Source of the DNA: Planctomycetota bacterium
Lineage (GTDB): Bacteria; Planctomycetota; UBA8108; SXIK01
Direction: 5' to 3'
Assembly: GCA_965223265.1 (NCBI GenBank)
Contig: OZ244999.1
Location: 1,856,001-1,920,000, forward strand
Length of the DNA stretch: 64,000 nt
The notes below the pieces were generated by a model. The model had not been told where the DNA came from, ran no database searches, and was given only the letters and a program-made list of their open reading frames with translations. Both the position numbers and the translations under genes were made by a program. Below, in pieces: positions 45,907 to 56,014 of this stretch (position 1 is its first letter; the number at the start of each line of letters is the position of its first letter).

Positions 45907-48697
45907 AGGGCGTGACGAACGTCGAGGCGCCACCTTCGACCGCCGAATCGGCGTTCAGCCATGAGTCGAGCACGATCCCTGTATTGGGATCGGTCAGACG
46001 ATTGATCAGCGTGCTGCCGAGCGGGCCGGAGAAGTTCGGGTCGAGCGAACCGTCACGCAGGTTGGGGCCGACGCCAGGCTGCAGGAGTGCGTGATTGTTC
46101 GACCCGTTTGACACACCGGACTGCTCAACGATGCGGTCGAGATTGTAAACGACGTTCCCGAGATTGAAGATCGTCGCCGGTGCATCGTTACAGCCGATGC
46201 GGTTGTTGTCGTTGTCGAGCGGATTGACCGGGCAACCGTTCTGGTCGAAGAGGTAGAGTCCCGATCCCAAGCCAGCAACCATGTGTACCCAGTATGGGGA
46301 ATTCAACTGGTTGCCGGGATTCTGCCCGATGTGGGTGCGTAAGAGATCGAAGTCCAGAGCGGCGAAGTCGTTGGTGGCCATCGCCTGGCGGAAAGCATCG
46401 TACAGCGCGCCTTGGCCACCACTGAGCGACTGCGTCGTCAAATGACACGCAACACAGTAGCGCGGTCCTTCAGCTCCGCCCCCAACCTTGCCTCGGATCG
46501 AATGCGGCATCATGACGTTGTGGCTGAGTGCTCCGAACACGTTGCGGCCGTTGACGCCGGGGTTGTTTCCGTTGCCGTTGCGATCAGAAAACGCGAACAC
46601 CTGGGAGTCGACGTCGTTGAGGTCACGGTATTGAAAGAACGTCGTCGTGTTTGCGGTGATGGGGCTGATTTTGTTGTGCACATTCACACCGAGCTGGAAG
46701 TGAACCGGGTTCTGGTAAACAAAATCGGCGTTGGCCTGTCGAAACACGATTTGCTCGCCGGTGATGTTGCTGAAGTTGTTGCCACGATTGTATTCACCGC
46801 CGAGGTGACACCCGATGCAGTTGTTGGTCCACGAAGCATGACATGAAACGCAGCTCATGTTGTCCATGTGACTGAAACCAGCACCGACCGCTCCAGGAGT
46901 CACCTGTTGTGGGCCGATTCCAGTCGACGGATCTCCGTCGGCACGCCCCATGGAGTACGACGCGCGTTCGCTGTAGACGGCTTCGCCGTTGAACGGATCG
47001 ACGCGTCCGGTGTCGACCACGGTATCACGCGTCTGCGGGATGAAATGTCGATTCCCAGTCAAGCGACTCGTGAGGTAGTAGTTTCCGTCCGACTCAAGCG
47101 TCACATGACGCATGCTGTTTCCCTCGGAATCGACTCCGACTTCAGCCGGCTGACCAGAGTAGGTGATTCCGGTAGTCGTCTGTGCATAGGCGTCGACGGT
47201 CCCGTGACAGTCTTCGCAAGCAATAGATACTGCCTGCTCCTGTCGGCTGACAATCTCACCGTCGGTGCCGATCGTGCCGCCGTGAAGGTCGTGGCTGCCG
47301 TGGCAGTCGATGCAGCCCATGCCCGCATCGTAGTGAACGTCAGCGGGAGTGTCGTCGAGACCGTCACCGTCGTAATCTTCGATCAAGATGTACTGATTGG
47401 CATTGCGGCCGTTGAACGTTCGGTTGTTGACGACTGGATCGAAGAGACGAGTGTCACCAAAGGTATTCCTGAAGAAAGATGGGTTTGCGGGGTACTGCAC
47501 TCGATTACGCAAGTCGGCATTCTGGTCGAGTCTTATACCCCAGAACTGCATCACGGTTCGATTCGATCCCTGATGACAGCCGGCGCAGGTGTAGTCGTCG
47601 ATGCCTTGAACTTGCTCTCCGGTGGCCAGTGTCTGGGCGACGCTGGTGATCATGTGGCGCCGAACGTGCGGTCGCTCGGGGGGATCAATGTCGTCCGGGT
47701 CGAGAGGCTCGTTCTTACGAATGTTTGGATCCGTACTATAGCTCCGGCCATCGAGACTGTAGCGCATGTGACACGCTGTGCAGCCAGACGACCGATAGTC
47801 CCCGTAGCGATTATTCGCTCCGGCGCTGCCGAGGTGGCAATCGCCGCACGTGAACGCGACTTGCTCGTGAAAAACATTCGCCAGAGGCGAGTTCGGAACG
47901 ACGGAGTTGTCCGCCTGCAGGTAGTTGGCGAGCTGCGTCGAGTCATACAGCGGGTTTTCATCCATGTCGAGCGGCCCGGTACCACCGCGGCGACTGTACA
48001 CCGGGAACTCGAGCAAACGCCCAACGGCGCCGAAGCTTGCGGTGTTAAAATCGAAGTTCGCATCCTGAACGGCTCGAAATGCAAAGTCAGACGCCGTGTC
48101 GAAGTAAAGTCCCTGGTTCTCTGGAACCTGATTCGGAAGGCCGAGCGTGAACATGGAGCTCGAGAGGATCCCGACTTCGGTCGCGAGGGCGCTCTTGGCA
48201 ACGCACTCGGCGTGTGACGCATGGCAGGAGCCGCAGCCGCGCTGTTGAGTGACGACGCGCAGGTCTCCGGGATTGATGAATTGCAGGTAGTCGGTCGCGG
48301 TATAGGTGACACCGTTCACCTGGTAGTCGGCGAACTTGTCGATGCCAGTGAGGGTCAGGCGATTGAAGTATGCGAGTCGATTGTTGGTCAGGTTGACTTC
48401 GTCGCCGATTTCCGGAGGTGGCGGAATGTGACTGTCGGAGACGCCAGATCCCTGGCCGTTGCCGCCGTGACACGTTGTGCAGCGAAGCGTCGCGGCGCCA
48501 GGAAACGGGTGCGGATTCTCCAGCCCTGTGCCAGCGTAGTCGTCATGGAGAGCACCGTTGTGGCAGCCCATACATGATTCAGCGGCAGCGGCAACAATCG
48601 TTGGGTTGCCATTGGAATCTGAGTCGAAACACCCTGTTAGCACTGACAGTATCGATACCAGTGCCAGGGTCCCTAGTCCTTGCGTCAGCCGCGACAT
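45905..48697 (-). CDS. Large multiheme cytochrome c lipoprotein (11 CxxCH)
   Basis: Signal ending LTGC; CMGCH, CTTCH, CGSCH, CGDCH, CTACH, CAGCH, CIDCH, CEDCH, CVSCH, CIGCH, CVACH. Confidence 0.9.
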   Translation of the reverse strand: MSRLTQGLGTLALVSILSVLTGCFDSDSNGNPTIVAAAAESCMGCHNGALHDDYAGTGLENPHPFPGAATLRCTTCHGGNGQGSGVSDSHIPPPPEIGDEVNLTNNRLAYFNRLTLTGIDKFADYQVNGVTYTATDYLQFINPGDLRVVTQQRGCGSCHASHAECVAKSALATEVGILSSSMFTLGLPNQVPENQGLYFDTASDFAFRAVQDANFDFNTASFGAVGRLLEFPVYSRRGGTGPLDMDENPLYDSTQLANYLQADNSVVPNSPLANVFHEQVAFTCGDCHLGSAGANNRYGDYRSSGCTACHMRYSLDGRSYSTDPNIRKNEPLDPDDIDPPERPHVRRHMITSVAQTLATGEQVQGIDDYTCAGCHQGSNRTVMQFWGIRLDQNADLRNRVQYPANPSFFRNTFGDTRLFDPVVNNRTFNGRNANQYILIEDYDGDGLDDTPADVHYDAGMGCIDCHGSHDLHGGTIGTDGEIVSRQEQAVSIACEDCHGTVDAYAQTTTGITYSGQPAEVGVDSEGNSMRHVTLESDGNYYLTSRLTGNRHFIPQTRDTVVDTGRVDPFNGEAVYSERASYSMGRADGDPSTGIGPQQVTPGAVGAGFSHMDNMSCVSCHASWTNNCIGCHLGGEYNRGNNFSNITGEQIVFRQANADFVYQNPVHFQLGVNVHNKISPITANTTTFFQYRDLNDVDSQVFAFSDRNGNGNNPGVNGRNVFGALSHNVMMPHSIRGKVGGGAEGPRYCVACHLTTQSLSGGQGALYDAFRQAMATNDFAALDFDLLRTHIGQNPGNQLNSPYWVHMVAGLGSGLYLFDQNGCPVNPLDNDNNRIGCNDAPATIFNLGNVVYNLDRIVEQSGVSNGSNNHALLQPGVGPNLRDGSLDPNFSGPLGSTLINRLTDPNTGIVLDSWLNADSAVEGGASTFVTP

Positions 48698-49017
48698 TCG
48701 CTTGGCCTTTCGTTTTTCCTCTCGCACAAGCCTTGATGGACTGCCTGAGTCCAGTCGGGGCAAGTGCTACGCGCCTGGAACATCGTCTCGGTGCACGACA
48801 CACGGCGAGACGTGGTCTCCGGTCCCTGCGCAACTCTTCGGCCAAAGCGATCACGAACAGTTCAAGTCGTTGATTAAGCGTCTGTTACGCTCGAGTGCAA
48901 GGCGCTGAGAGTTGCCCCGCTTCCTTCCTAGTGTGGAGAATTCGGACCCATGATGAACGGTGAGATCGAGGGGCGCTTCGATGTGCTTTTTCGGACCATG
49001 TGCGAGACCGGTCACGG

Positions 49018-50301
49018 TCACACTTGTTCCCGAAAGAGGCGGCGGATCAACGCGATCTCATCTGGTTTCAGTCCGCTCTCGGATCGTAACGACTTCAGTT
49101 TCTGAATCGGGAAGTGCTGCAGCTTCCTGACGAGAGAAGTTGTGAGTTCGTCGACGAGCGTGTGACATTGTGGAGGAAAGCGATGCGTGAACGCTTGCAT
49201 CTCGCCAAGTCGAATTTCTTCGAAGCGTTCGAGAAGATGGCGGATGACTGGCTCAACCTGGAGATACGAGCTGTGCGACTCGAACGATTCAATGGCCTGT
49301 GTGACGATATCTTCTGCGTCCGGGACCTCGCCGCGTCGTGCCAAAGCGTTCTCGCGGACTACTGCGTTGAGATCATCGATGTTCAAGAGATGGACACCGG
49401 GAACTGCACGGCACTCGGGATCGACATCGCGCGGCACTGCGAGGTCTACGAGGACGAACGGCCGTTGACCACGCTCCATTTGAATTCGTTCGATTTGACT
49501 CCGCTTCAGCAATAGATGGTCGGAACTGGTGGAGGCGAGGACGACATCGGCGGAGGCCAGTCCCGTCTCGATAGAGGACCATCCGATCGCACGTTCGGCG
49601 CCAAGTTCCCTGACGAGGTCTTGAGCTCGAGAGAGAGTCCGATTGACAACAACGCATTCTTGTACTTCGCCCATAAACGCTCTGGCTGCAGCCCTAGCGA
49701 CGGCGCCAGAGCCGACCACGAGCAGCGATAGATGCTGGCGCTTTCCAAGAGCTTTGCGACAAAGCTGTAGAGCCGCCTGACCCAGCGTCATAGATCCACG
49801 AGAGATCTTTGTCTCAGTGCGAACTCGCTTTCCGACGCGAAGAGCTGCTGGAACCAGGCGGGTGAACTGTTCGCGCGCGCAGTCCGACTCTACAGCTATT
49901 TTCAACGCGGCGCGCAGTTGGCGAAGGATTTCAGATTCACCGATGAGCGCACTGTCGAGACCTGCCGCCAAACGAAAGAGGTGACGGACTGCATCGCGGT
50001 CGCGATGAATGTAGTAATGCTGCAGCGGAATCGGAGCGCTGAGGTCCGGATTCATCAGGTGTCGAACTTGCGCGGCAAACGCCAACGATTGCTGGCGTGC
50101 GTTGTCGGAAAGTGCGTGTTTGTACGGCTCGCAGCGATAGAATTCCGTTCGATTGCACGTCGACACGATCAGATGTTCGGCATTCGAGCTCGATCGAAAC
50201 TCTCCGAGTAATTCCCGCGAGCGCTGAGAGGAGAGTCCCCACTGCTCTCGGATTTCGACAGGGGCTGAGTGATGACTGAGCCCGAACAGGGTGAGTTGCA
50301 T
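49018..50301 (-). CDS. hemA: Glutamyl-tRNA reductase
   Basis: GLSHHSAPVEIRE, STCNRTE, HLFRLAAGLDS..IGE, NRT and DLAVPRD motifs. Confidence 0.92.
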   Translation of the reverse strand: MQLTLFGLSHHSAPVEIREQWGLSSQRSRELLGEFRSSSNAEHLIVSTCNRTEFYRCEPYKHALSDNARQQSLAFAAQVRHLMNPDLSAPIPLQHYYIHRDRDAVRHLFRLAAGLDSALIGESEILRQLRAALKIAVESDCAREQFTRLVPAALRVGKRVRTETKISRGSMTLGQAALQLCRKALGKRQHLSLLVVGSGAVARAAARAFMGEVQECVVVNRTLSRAQDLVRELGAERAIGWSSIETGLASADVVLASTSSDHLLLKRSQIERIQMERGQRPFVLVDLAVPRDVDPECRAVPGVHLLNIDDLNAVVRENALARRGEVPDAEDIVTQAIESFESHSSYLQVEPVIRHLLERFEEIRLGEMQAFTHRFPPQCHTLVDELTTSLVRKLQHFPIQKLKSLRSESGLKPDEIALIRRLFREQV

Positions 50302-50578
50302 TCGACGACGCTCCGCGATGTCAGCTGTAGATTCCTCGCTTCTACCGGCAAGAAACGAGCCGGCCAATCGTTGGGGATTTGGACACTCGAGTGAAGTTGT
50401 GAAGCAGTGTGGGCGATGAAAAGCAAGGCGTTGCAAACGAACGGGTTGGAGAGACGTCGCGGCTCACACCTCGCTGACGGTTCGACGTGCCCGAAAGCCA
50501 GATGGGGAGGAAATCCTTGGGTGTGTGCGCCGAAATCTTCCTGCCGCGCCGCCAGTTTCTTTGTAGGCCGCTGCGCGA

Positions 50579-52294
50579 TTACCAGCGGAACGTCAACGCG
50601 AAGTCGACGAGTGCGCGCTCGGCTTCGTCTGTGAAGGCGTACGAGACTCCGGCCGAGAGCGTCCAAGAGGAAGAAAGAACCCAATGGGTACGGACCGTGG
50701 TGTCGACGACCTCAAATTCGTTTCCGAATCCGTCCATCTCGATCAATCGAAACGAGACCGAGGGGTCGATGAGAAGGCGGTGCTTGAGGAAGGGGAGGTG
50801 GGCGGACAGGCGCCCGCCAAAGCCGTCGAGTGTCGGACTTTCGAAGTTAAAAACAGTGATCGTGGCGCTCGCGTCGCTCATAAACGGTAGGCCAAATCGT
50901 GTCAGGCTTACGTTCCAGCGGGGTGAGTAGTCGTCCACTTCCGAATCCGTCACCGAGATCTCTTCGCTCAAGCGGAGATTGAGCGGGAGATCATGAGACG
51001 CGCCCACAAAGTATCTCCAATAGCCTCGGTCCAGGAACTCTAGTTCGTCGAAGAAACTCAGCGGTAAGATTGACCTTTGAGCTGCCGTGTCAGGCAGCTC
51101 GAATCGATCGACACCTGCGCGCAGAGTAAACCACGAAGCGAACGGATAGGACCCGACGATGTCGAGTCGAGTCAATCGTGGTCCGTCTCGAGCTTCAGCA
51201 CCACCAACGTCGATGTCGACCTCGGCACTCGAGAGGATCGACAGCCGGCCGAGCTGTAGTAGCTGTTCGCTAAGCACCGCAAGGCGGTCAGCCTCGCCGT
51301 CGAAAAGAGAAAACAGGACGCCGGCGGTTCCGGAGTAGTAGACAGAGCCGTCGCCACCAGCCTCGACCGTGGTGTACGTTGCCGCTGTTGGCTCCTTGAC
51401 CGAGAGGTCGAGGTTCGACCTGGTCGGTTTCAAGCCGACCATGGCACCGAGATGCCATTTGTCGGTGAGTCGTTTCTCGACTTGAGCGCCATCGAGGAAT
51501 CCAACCGAAGGCAACTCTCGTGGAATGAATCGTCCGATGCGGACGAAGCTATGATCGTCGAATCGACGTGACATGACTAGACGATAGAGTTCGAGTCTCG
51601 GTTCTTGGAAGTCTCGAGTGTCTTCGAAGGCAACCCCATCTCGGTAGATGACGTTGCCAGACCATTCAAGTGACCAAGGCGTACCACGAATTCTGTCGAT
51701 ACTTCCCGACGAACCCACGTGCGTGGCAAACGCGTTGACGTCGTCGTCCGAAGTCAGTTGAAACAGTTGTCGGACGCTGAGTCGACCATGAAAAACGTTC
51801 TCCGTTTCGGTCTCCGCTACTTCTCCCATATCGGGCGGCGCTAGAAGGGGAACGAATTCGCCGTCGCGGTTCTCCCCCTTCAGTGTAGGGGAACGATCGC
51901 GGTCCGTCTCTTCTTTGCGAGTGATGTCACTCACCGTGAGGCTGAGTCGGTCTCCGGATCGCGGGAACACTTGCGGCTTGTCTGATAGGAGGCGGAGAAA
52001 CGTCGAGCGCGACGCGACGTTGACGATTTCGATTCGCGCGAGTTGTCGCCCGTCCATCTCAAGCCACCCTTGAGAGTTCTTCTTGAGTCCAGATTCCGTT
52101 CCTACATCGACGTAGATTCCGTCCGCGGTCTCGTACAGCATTTGGCAGTCGATCTTGATCCGCTCCTCGGCCGCTCCGACAGACCGATGCGAATGCGTCG
52201 CCACAGCGAACGCCAGCAGCGCGAGGGCTGCGGCGAAGCGACTTGGAGTCTGTGAGCGGAGTGGATCTTTTGCCATAGTAGCAAGCACGTTCAT
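50579..52294 (-). CDS. Putative outer-membrane beta-barrel protein with small N-terminal domain
   Basis: Signal peptide, alternating amphipathic strands rich in aromatics and Gly, C-terminal FALTFRW. Confidence 0.7.
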   Translation of the reverse strand: MNVLATMAKDPLRSQTPSRFAAALALLAFAVATHSHRSVGAAEERIKIDCQMLYETADGIYVDVGTESGLKKNSQGWLEMDGRQLARIEIVNVASRSTFLRLLSDKPQVFPRSGDRLSLTVSDITRKEETDRDRSPTLKGENRDGEFVPLLAPPDMGEVAETETENVFHGRLSVRQLFQLTSDDDVNAFATHVGSSGSIDRIRGTPWSLEWSGNVIYRDGVAFEDTRDFQEPRLELYRLVMSRRFDDHSFVRIGRFIPRELPSVGFLDGAQVEKRLTDKWHLGAMVGLKPTRSNLDLSVKEPTAATYTTVEAGGDGSVYYSGTAGVLFSLFDGEADRLAVLSEQLLQLGRLSILSSAEVDIDVGGAEARDGPRLTRLDIVGSYPFASWFTLRAGVDRFELPDTAAQRSILPLSFFDELEFLDRGYWRYFVGASHDLPLNLRLSEEISVTDSEVDDYSPRWNVSLTRFGLPFMSDASATITVFNFESPTLDGFGGRLSAHLPFLKHRLLIDPSVSFRLIEMDGFGNEFEVVDTTVRTHWVLSSSWTLSAGVSYAFTDEAERALVDFALTFRW

Positions 52295-52324
52295 GTCAGT
52301 CAGGCGATGACGTCGAGTCGAGGT

Positions 52325-53179
52325 TCACCGCCATGCGAAGATGTTGTGGCATTGAGCGCAGTCGGTTGAGAAGTTCTGTGCGACGTGGTTCGGCGCCGCG
52401 ATGTAGTCGTTTTGGTGGCACGCGAAACAATCTGGATTGAGACCGGCGAAGAGACCGTTGACATGGCACTGCGTGCAGTCGAGCCCTGCATGGCCTCCCA
52501 CCAGTGGGAAAAAGTCATGGTTGATCTCGTCCGCGTCCCAGTTGGAGGCGGTGTGGCAGCGTTCGCAGTCGACAACCCAGCCGTTGATCACGTGGTTGGG
52601 GAATGCCCTCGCGGCATCCAGCTGGTGGCACCCGTGACAATCAACGGGGGCACCGCGAAAGTCGCCGGATGTGGCTCGATCGTGGCAAGACTCACACGGA
52701 GCGAGGGCGTGAAGCCCGACGAGCGAGAATCGAGTCCGTGCGTGTTCGCCGATGATTCCTGTGGGATGCCATGTGCTTTGGTTGTGACATCGGGTGCATT
52801 CGCTACCGAGAGATCCCTTGTGCGAGTCGACGTGACAGCCGCCGCAGCCGCGGCTTAGGTAGACTTCGACGGGGCCGCGGTCGTTGTGGCACCTCAGGCA
52901 GGCGGCAGTGGTGTGCGCCCCTTCAAGTCGGTATCCCGTTTCTTTCTCGTGGTCAAAGTGGAAGTCTTCCCGGAGAACATCCCAGCGCTCCGGAATGTGG
53001 CAGATGCCGCAATCGCCAGGAAACTGGGTGTGGGGAACCATTGGACCCCACTTTCGACTCCAGCTCTGCTGCGGAACCACTGTCTCACATGTCAAAGAGA
53101 CAATGGCCCAACCAGCCCAGAGGACGACGGGAAAGAGCTTGCCGAAGCGACTAGCGCTGAGCGTCTTCGGGAATCTCAT
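52325..53179 (-). CDS. Decaheme cytochrome c (c7/c3-like repeats)
   Basis: 10 CxxCH in about 284 aa; repeated H...(F/Y).L.G.H; N-terminal hydrophobic segment with possible lipobox. Confidence 0.9.
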   Translation of the reverse strand: MRFPKTLSASRFGKLFPVVLWAGWAIVSLTCETVVPQQSWSRKWGPMVPHTQFPGDCGICHIPERWDVLREDFHFDHEKETGYRLEGAHTTAACLRCHNDRGPVEVYLSRGCGGCHVDSHKGSLGSECTRCHNQSTWHPTGIIGEHARTRFSLVGLHALAPCESCHDRATSGDFRGAPVDCHGCHQLDAARAFPNHVINGWVVDCERCHTASNWDADEINHDFFPLVGGHAGLDCTQCHVNGLFAGLNPDCFACHQNDYIAAPNHVAQNFSTDCAQCHNIFAWR

Positions 53180-54893
53180 GACAATCTCCACACACTCTTC
53201 CGATCGGCTTGTACTGCACGACGGCGCCGCCGTTGGGAAGTGCGACCTCCATGTGACAACGAGAACACTCAACCTTCGCGTGCACGCCTTCTAGGGAAAA
53301 ACGGGCTTGCGTGTTGTGATCGAAGATTGTTTCTTTCCAACTCTCAGTCGATGCGTGACAACGGCTGCAATTCTCTTGCCCGGACTCTGTGAATTGACCG
53401 TAGTGGGCGTCTTTGTGGCAGGAAGAACACTCCGTTGGCGTCTTTTTGTAGCGCCTCACGAGTGCGGAAGTGTCATGTAGGGGTGTGAGAATCTCGACAT
53501 GGCAGTCGTTGCACTCGGCCTTTGCATGAGCTCCTTTGAGCGGATACGACGTGCGCCGATCGTGATCGAAGGGACGAATCGAGAAGGTGTCGGCAACGCT
53601 TCCATGGCATGCGTCACAGTCTCCTTCGACCAGAGTGTCATGGAACTGATCGCCATGTGGGTTCTTGTGACAGAGCTTGCACTCTCGAGTGGTACCAACG
53701 AACTGCCGCGTGTGTGTTTGGAGGTTCGACGTGTGGCACGCAACGCATGCAGTTGCGGCGTGAGACCCTGTTAGCTCGTACACCTTTGCGTGATCGTCGT
53801 GGCTGAACAGGGTTGGCAAGAAACTATGGCTGTCGTGACAGTCGAGACAACGACCATACCTGTCGCTGAATTGTCCGCGATGGACATCCTCGTGACAGCC
53901 GCGACACATATCGGGCCGTCGCTGGTACCCAGGCGACGTCGGGTCGGGATGACGTTCGCTGAACGGCAGATCTGACGGATGACATCGATCGCATGAGACG
54001 CGGTCGTGCGGATGCGTCAAAGGAAAACCGGTCGCCGCGTGCTTCTCCGTTGTCATCCTGGTGATCGCCTGCCTCCACTGCGGGTGCGTTCCGTCATGAC
54101 AGCTTGAACAGTCGTCCGTGAATGGAGCGTGGTGCGGTGAGTTGTGGCACTCTACGCATGTCGTTCCTTGCACCTTGTCGAAGGGAAATGGCATCGGTTT
54201 TTTCGGTGTGTCGGGATGTGGAAGTACATGGCAGTCGCTGCATGGAAGCTGTTCGTGGCCTCCTTTGAGGGGAAAGTGCGTATCGTGTTGGAACTCAGTC
54301 GTTGGTCGAAAGACTTCTTGGCCATGGCAAGAGCTGCACTCACTCGATAGGCCGTCTGAGTGGATGTCTTCGTGGCAGCTGATGCAGTCTTGGTTTAAGC
54401 CGAGGAATGAGCGCTTGCGCGGGAAGTTGGGAAAACTGGGAAGAGAAAACGTGTCATCGCGTTGGGCGACGTGACATTCCTGACACTCCAGCCGAGCGTG
54501 CTTTCCGGTCAGATCGAACTGAACGTGTGGATGTTTGAACGCTTGGGAGCTCTGGGCTCCCCATGACAGCTTACTAACGAGCGGGAAGTCGGTGCCGAAG
54601 TGCTCGCCGTGGCACCCAGCGCACGAGACCTCCTTGCCCCCGAGTAGGAAGTGGTGGTATCCCGACTTCTCGTTCAGCTGCGAGGCGATCTCGGTATGAC
54701 AGTTGAGACACGCTTTTCCAACTCCGGACTCATCGTGACAGTTGCTGCAGCTTGCGAGCGTCGACATCCCTTCGATGCTTCCGTGCGTAGCCGACAGCTG
54801 GTTTGGCATCGGGGCGTTCACGGTCACCAGGGCGCCGAGGAGAAAGATGAGGACGGTGCCAATGATGAGGGGGGTGCGGGGATTCAGAAGCAT
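53151..54893 (-). CDS. 20-heme cytochrome c (tandem triheme repeats)
   Basis: 20 CxxCH in 580 aa; N-terminal TM or signal; TGATG overlap with the upstream gene. Confidence 0.92.
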   Translation of the reverse strand: MLLNPRTPLIIGTVLIFLLGALVTVNAPMPNQLSATHGSIEGMSTLASCSNCHDESGVGKACLNCHTEIASQLNEKSGYHHFLLGGKEVSCAGCHGEHFGTDFPLVSKLSWGAQSSQAFKHPHVQFDLTGKHARLECQECHVAQRDDTFSLPSFPNFPRKRSFLGLNQDCISCHEDIHSDGLSSECSSCHGQEVFRPTTEFQHDTHFPLKGGHEQLPCSDCHVLPHPDTPKKPMPFPFDKVQGTTCVECHNSPHHAPFTDDCSSCHDGTHPQWRQAITRMTTEKHAATGFPLTHPHDRVSCDRCHPSDLPFSERHPDPTSPGYQRRPDMCRGCHEDVHRGQFSDRYGRCLDCHDSHSFLPTLFSHDDHAKVYELTGSHAATACVACHTSNLQTHTRQFVGTTRECKLCHKNPHGDQFHDTLVEGDCDACHGSVADTFSIRPFDHDRRTSYPLKGAHAKAECNDCHVEILTPLHDTSALVRRYKKTPTECSSCHKDAHYGQFTESGQENCSRCHASTESWKETIFDHNTQARFSLEGVHAKVECSRCHMEVALPNGGAVVQYKPIGRVCGDCHEIPEDAQR

Positions 54894-56014
54894 CAGTTCC
54901 CCCCTCCAAAGATCCACAGATTGCCAAACTTCACAGCAATGAGGACGTGGAAGATCACAGCTGCAAGGAGGACGATGGCAAGCCAGCGATGAAGAAATCT
55001 CCACGCACCCATGAGCTTGTGCAGTTCACGGTAGCGAATCATCCACTCGCGCTCGGAGCACAGCCTCCTGACGAGCAGTAGAATGCTCTCGCCTCGTTCG
55101 CCGAGTTCGGGGTTGCGGAGAATTGATCGCTTGACGCGTTCGTACTCGCGTCGGGTCTCGTGGTCGCCTCGCAAAACTCGTATGATCGCTTGGATTAACC
55201 ATGGAGAACGTCCGCCTTTCGGAGTCGGTGCGTCGATGCGGAGCAGCTTGGGACTGACCCCCAGCGACATCAGCTTTCTCCGATAGACGATCAAGCGACG
55301 TCTGACGTCCTCAAATTCGAGTTCGCGCCCTTCGATTGAGCGTGGTACATGAGCGAAGAGGTAGCGCCCGATCACGCCGCTGGCGACGACGATGGCCATG
55401 GCGACCAGGGCGAGAGTTCCCACGGCGCTTGTTGGAACGAATGCTGCGTGAAAGAGCACGATAGCTGGTCCCAAGACGCCAGCGAACACGTGGAAGCCCA
55501 TCCACGCCTGCAGACTGCCGATACGGGCCAGGCTGACGAAGCGCTTCCGCAGAAGATACGCCAGGCTGGCGATCATGATGAGAGTACCGCCGATTCCGAG
55601 CGTCAGACCCAGCGGGCCTGACGGTCGCAGCAAGTGGTGATAGTAGTGGAATGGACGGTTTGCAGCCGGCAGGACATAGTAGCCCCAGCCGACAACGAAA
55701 AGAGTGAGCAACAACCCTGCAGCGGTGATCGCTGCGAATCTAGCGAGCCGCACGGGAGCGAGAAGCGTCCCAGCTGCAGCTTCCTCGAGTGCAATCTCTT
55801 CGCCGATCTCAGCGTCGAGCTCTCTTTCGATCTGTGCTAGTTCACGTTCGCGTCTCTGGACTCGTTTGGCGAGGAACTCATCCATTCGTCGGACGGCGGC
55901 GATGTCGACGTCGTCTGGAACGATCACGACCGGGATGTCGCCTTGGACATTGGACGTGTCGAAGGACGTAGCTGGTCGTCGTCGTCGTCGTCGTCCGTGT
56001 CGCGGTTCGCTCAT
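54893..56014 (-). CDS. Cytochrome-b/ferric-reductase-like membrane protein
   Basis: About 6 TM segments with His pairs WMGFH...VLFH and WRFLH...IFH; ATGA overlap upstream. Confidence 0.72.
   Translation of the reverse strand: MSEPRHGRRRRRRPATSFDTSNVQGDIPVVIVPDDVDIAAVRRMDEFLAKRVQRRERELAQIERELDAEIGEEIALEEAAAGTLLAPVRLARFAAITAAGLLLTLFVVGWGYYVLPAANRPFHYYHHLLRPSGPLGLTLGIGGTLIMIASLAYLLRKRFVSLARIGSLQAWMGFHVFAGVLGPAIVLFHAAFVPTSAVGTLALVAMAIVVASGVIGRYLFAHVPRSIEGRELEFEDVRRRLIVYRRKLMSLGVSPKLLRIDAPTPKGGRSPWLIQAIIRVLRGDHETRREYERVKRSILRNPELGERGESILLLVRRLCSEREWMIRYRELHKLMGAWRFLHRWLAIVLLAAVIFHVLIAVKFGNLWIFGGGN

Noticed and set aside
46868-48217. 449-aa plus-strand ORF
   Set aside because: Antisense to the motif-rich 11-heme cytochrome gene, with no independent support.
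45905-54893. Anammox hydrazine/hydroxylamine oxidoreductase or NrfA-type enzymes
   Set aside because: Heme counts and spacing do not match octaheme HAO/HDH, no CxxCK motif was seen, and no hzs-like genes are present.
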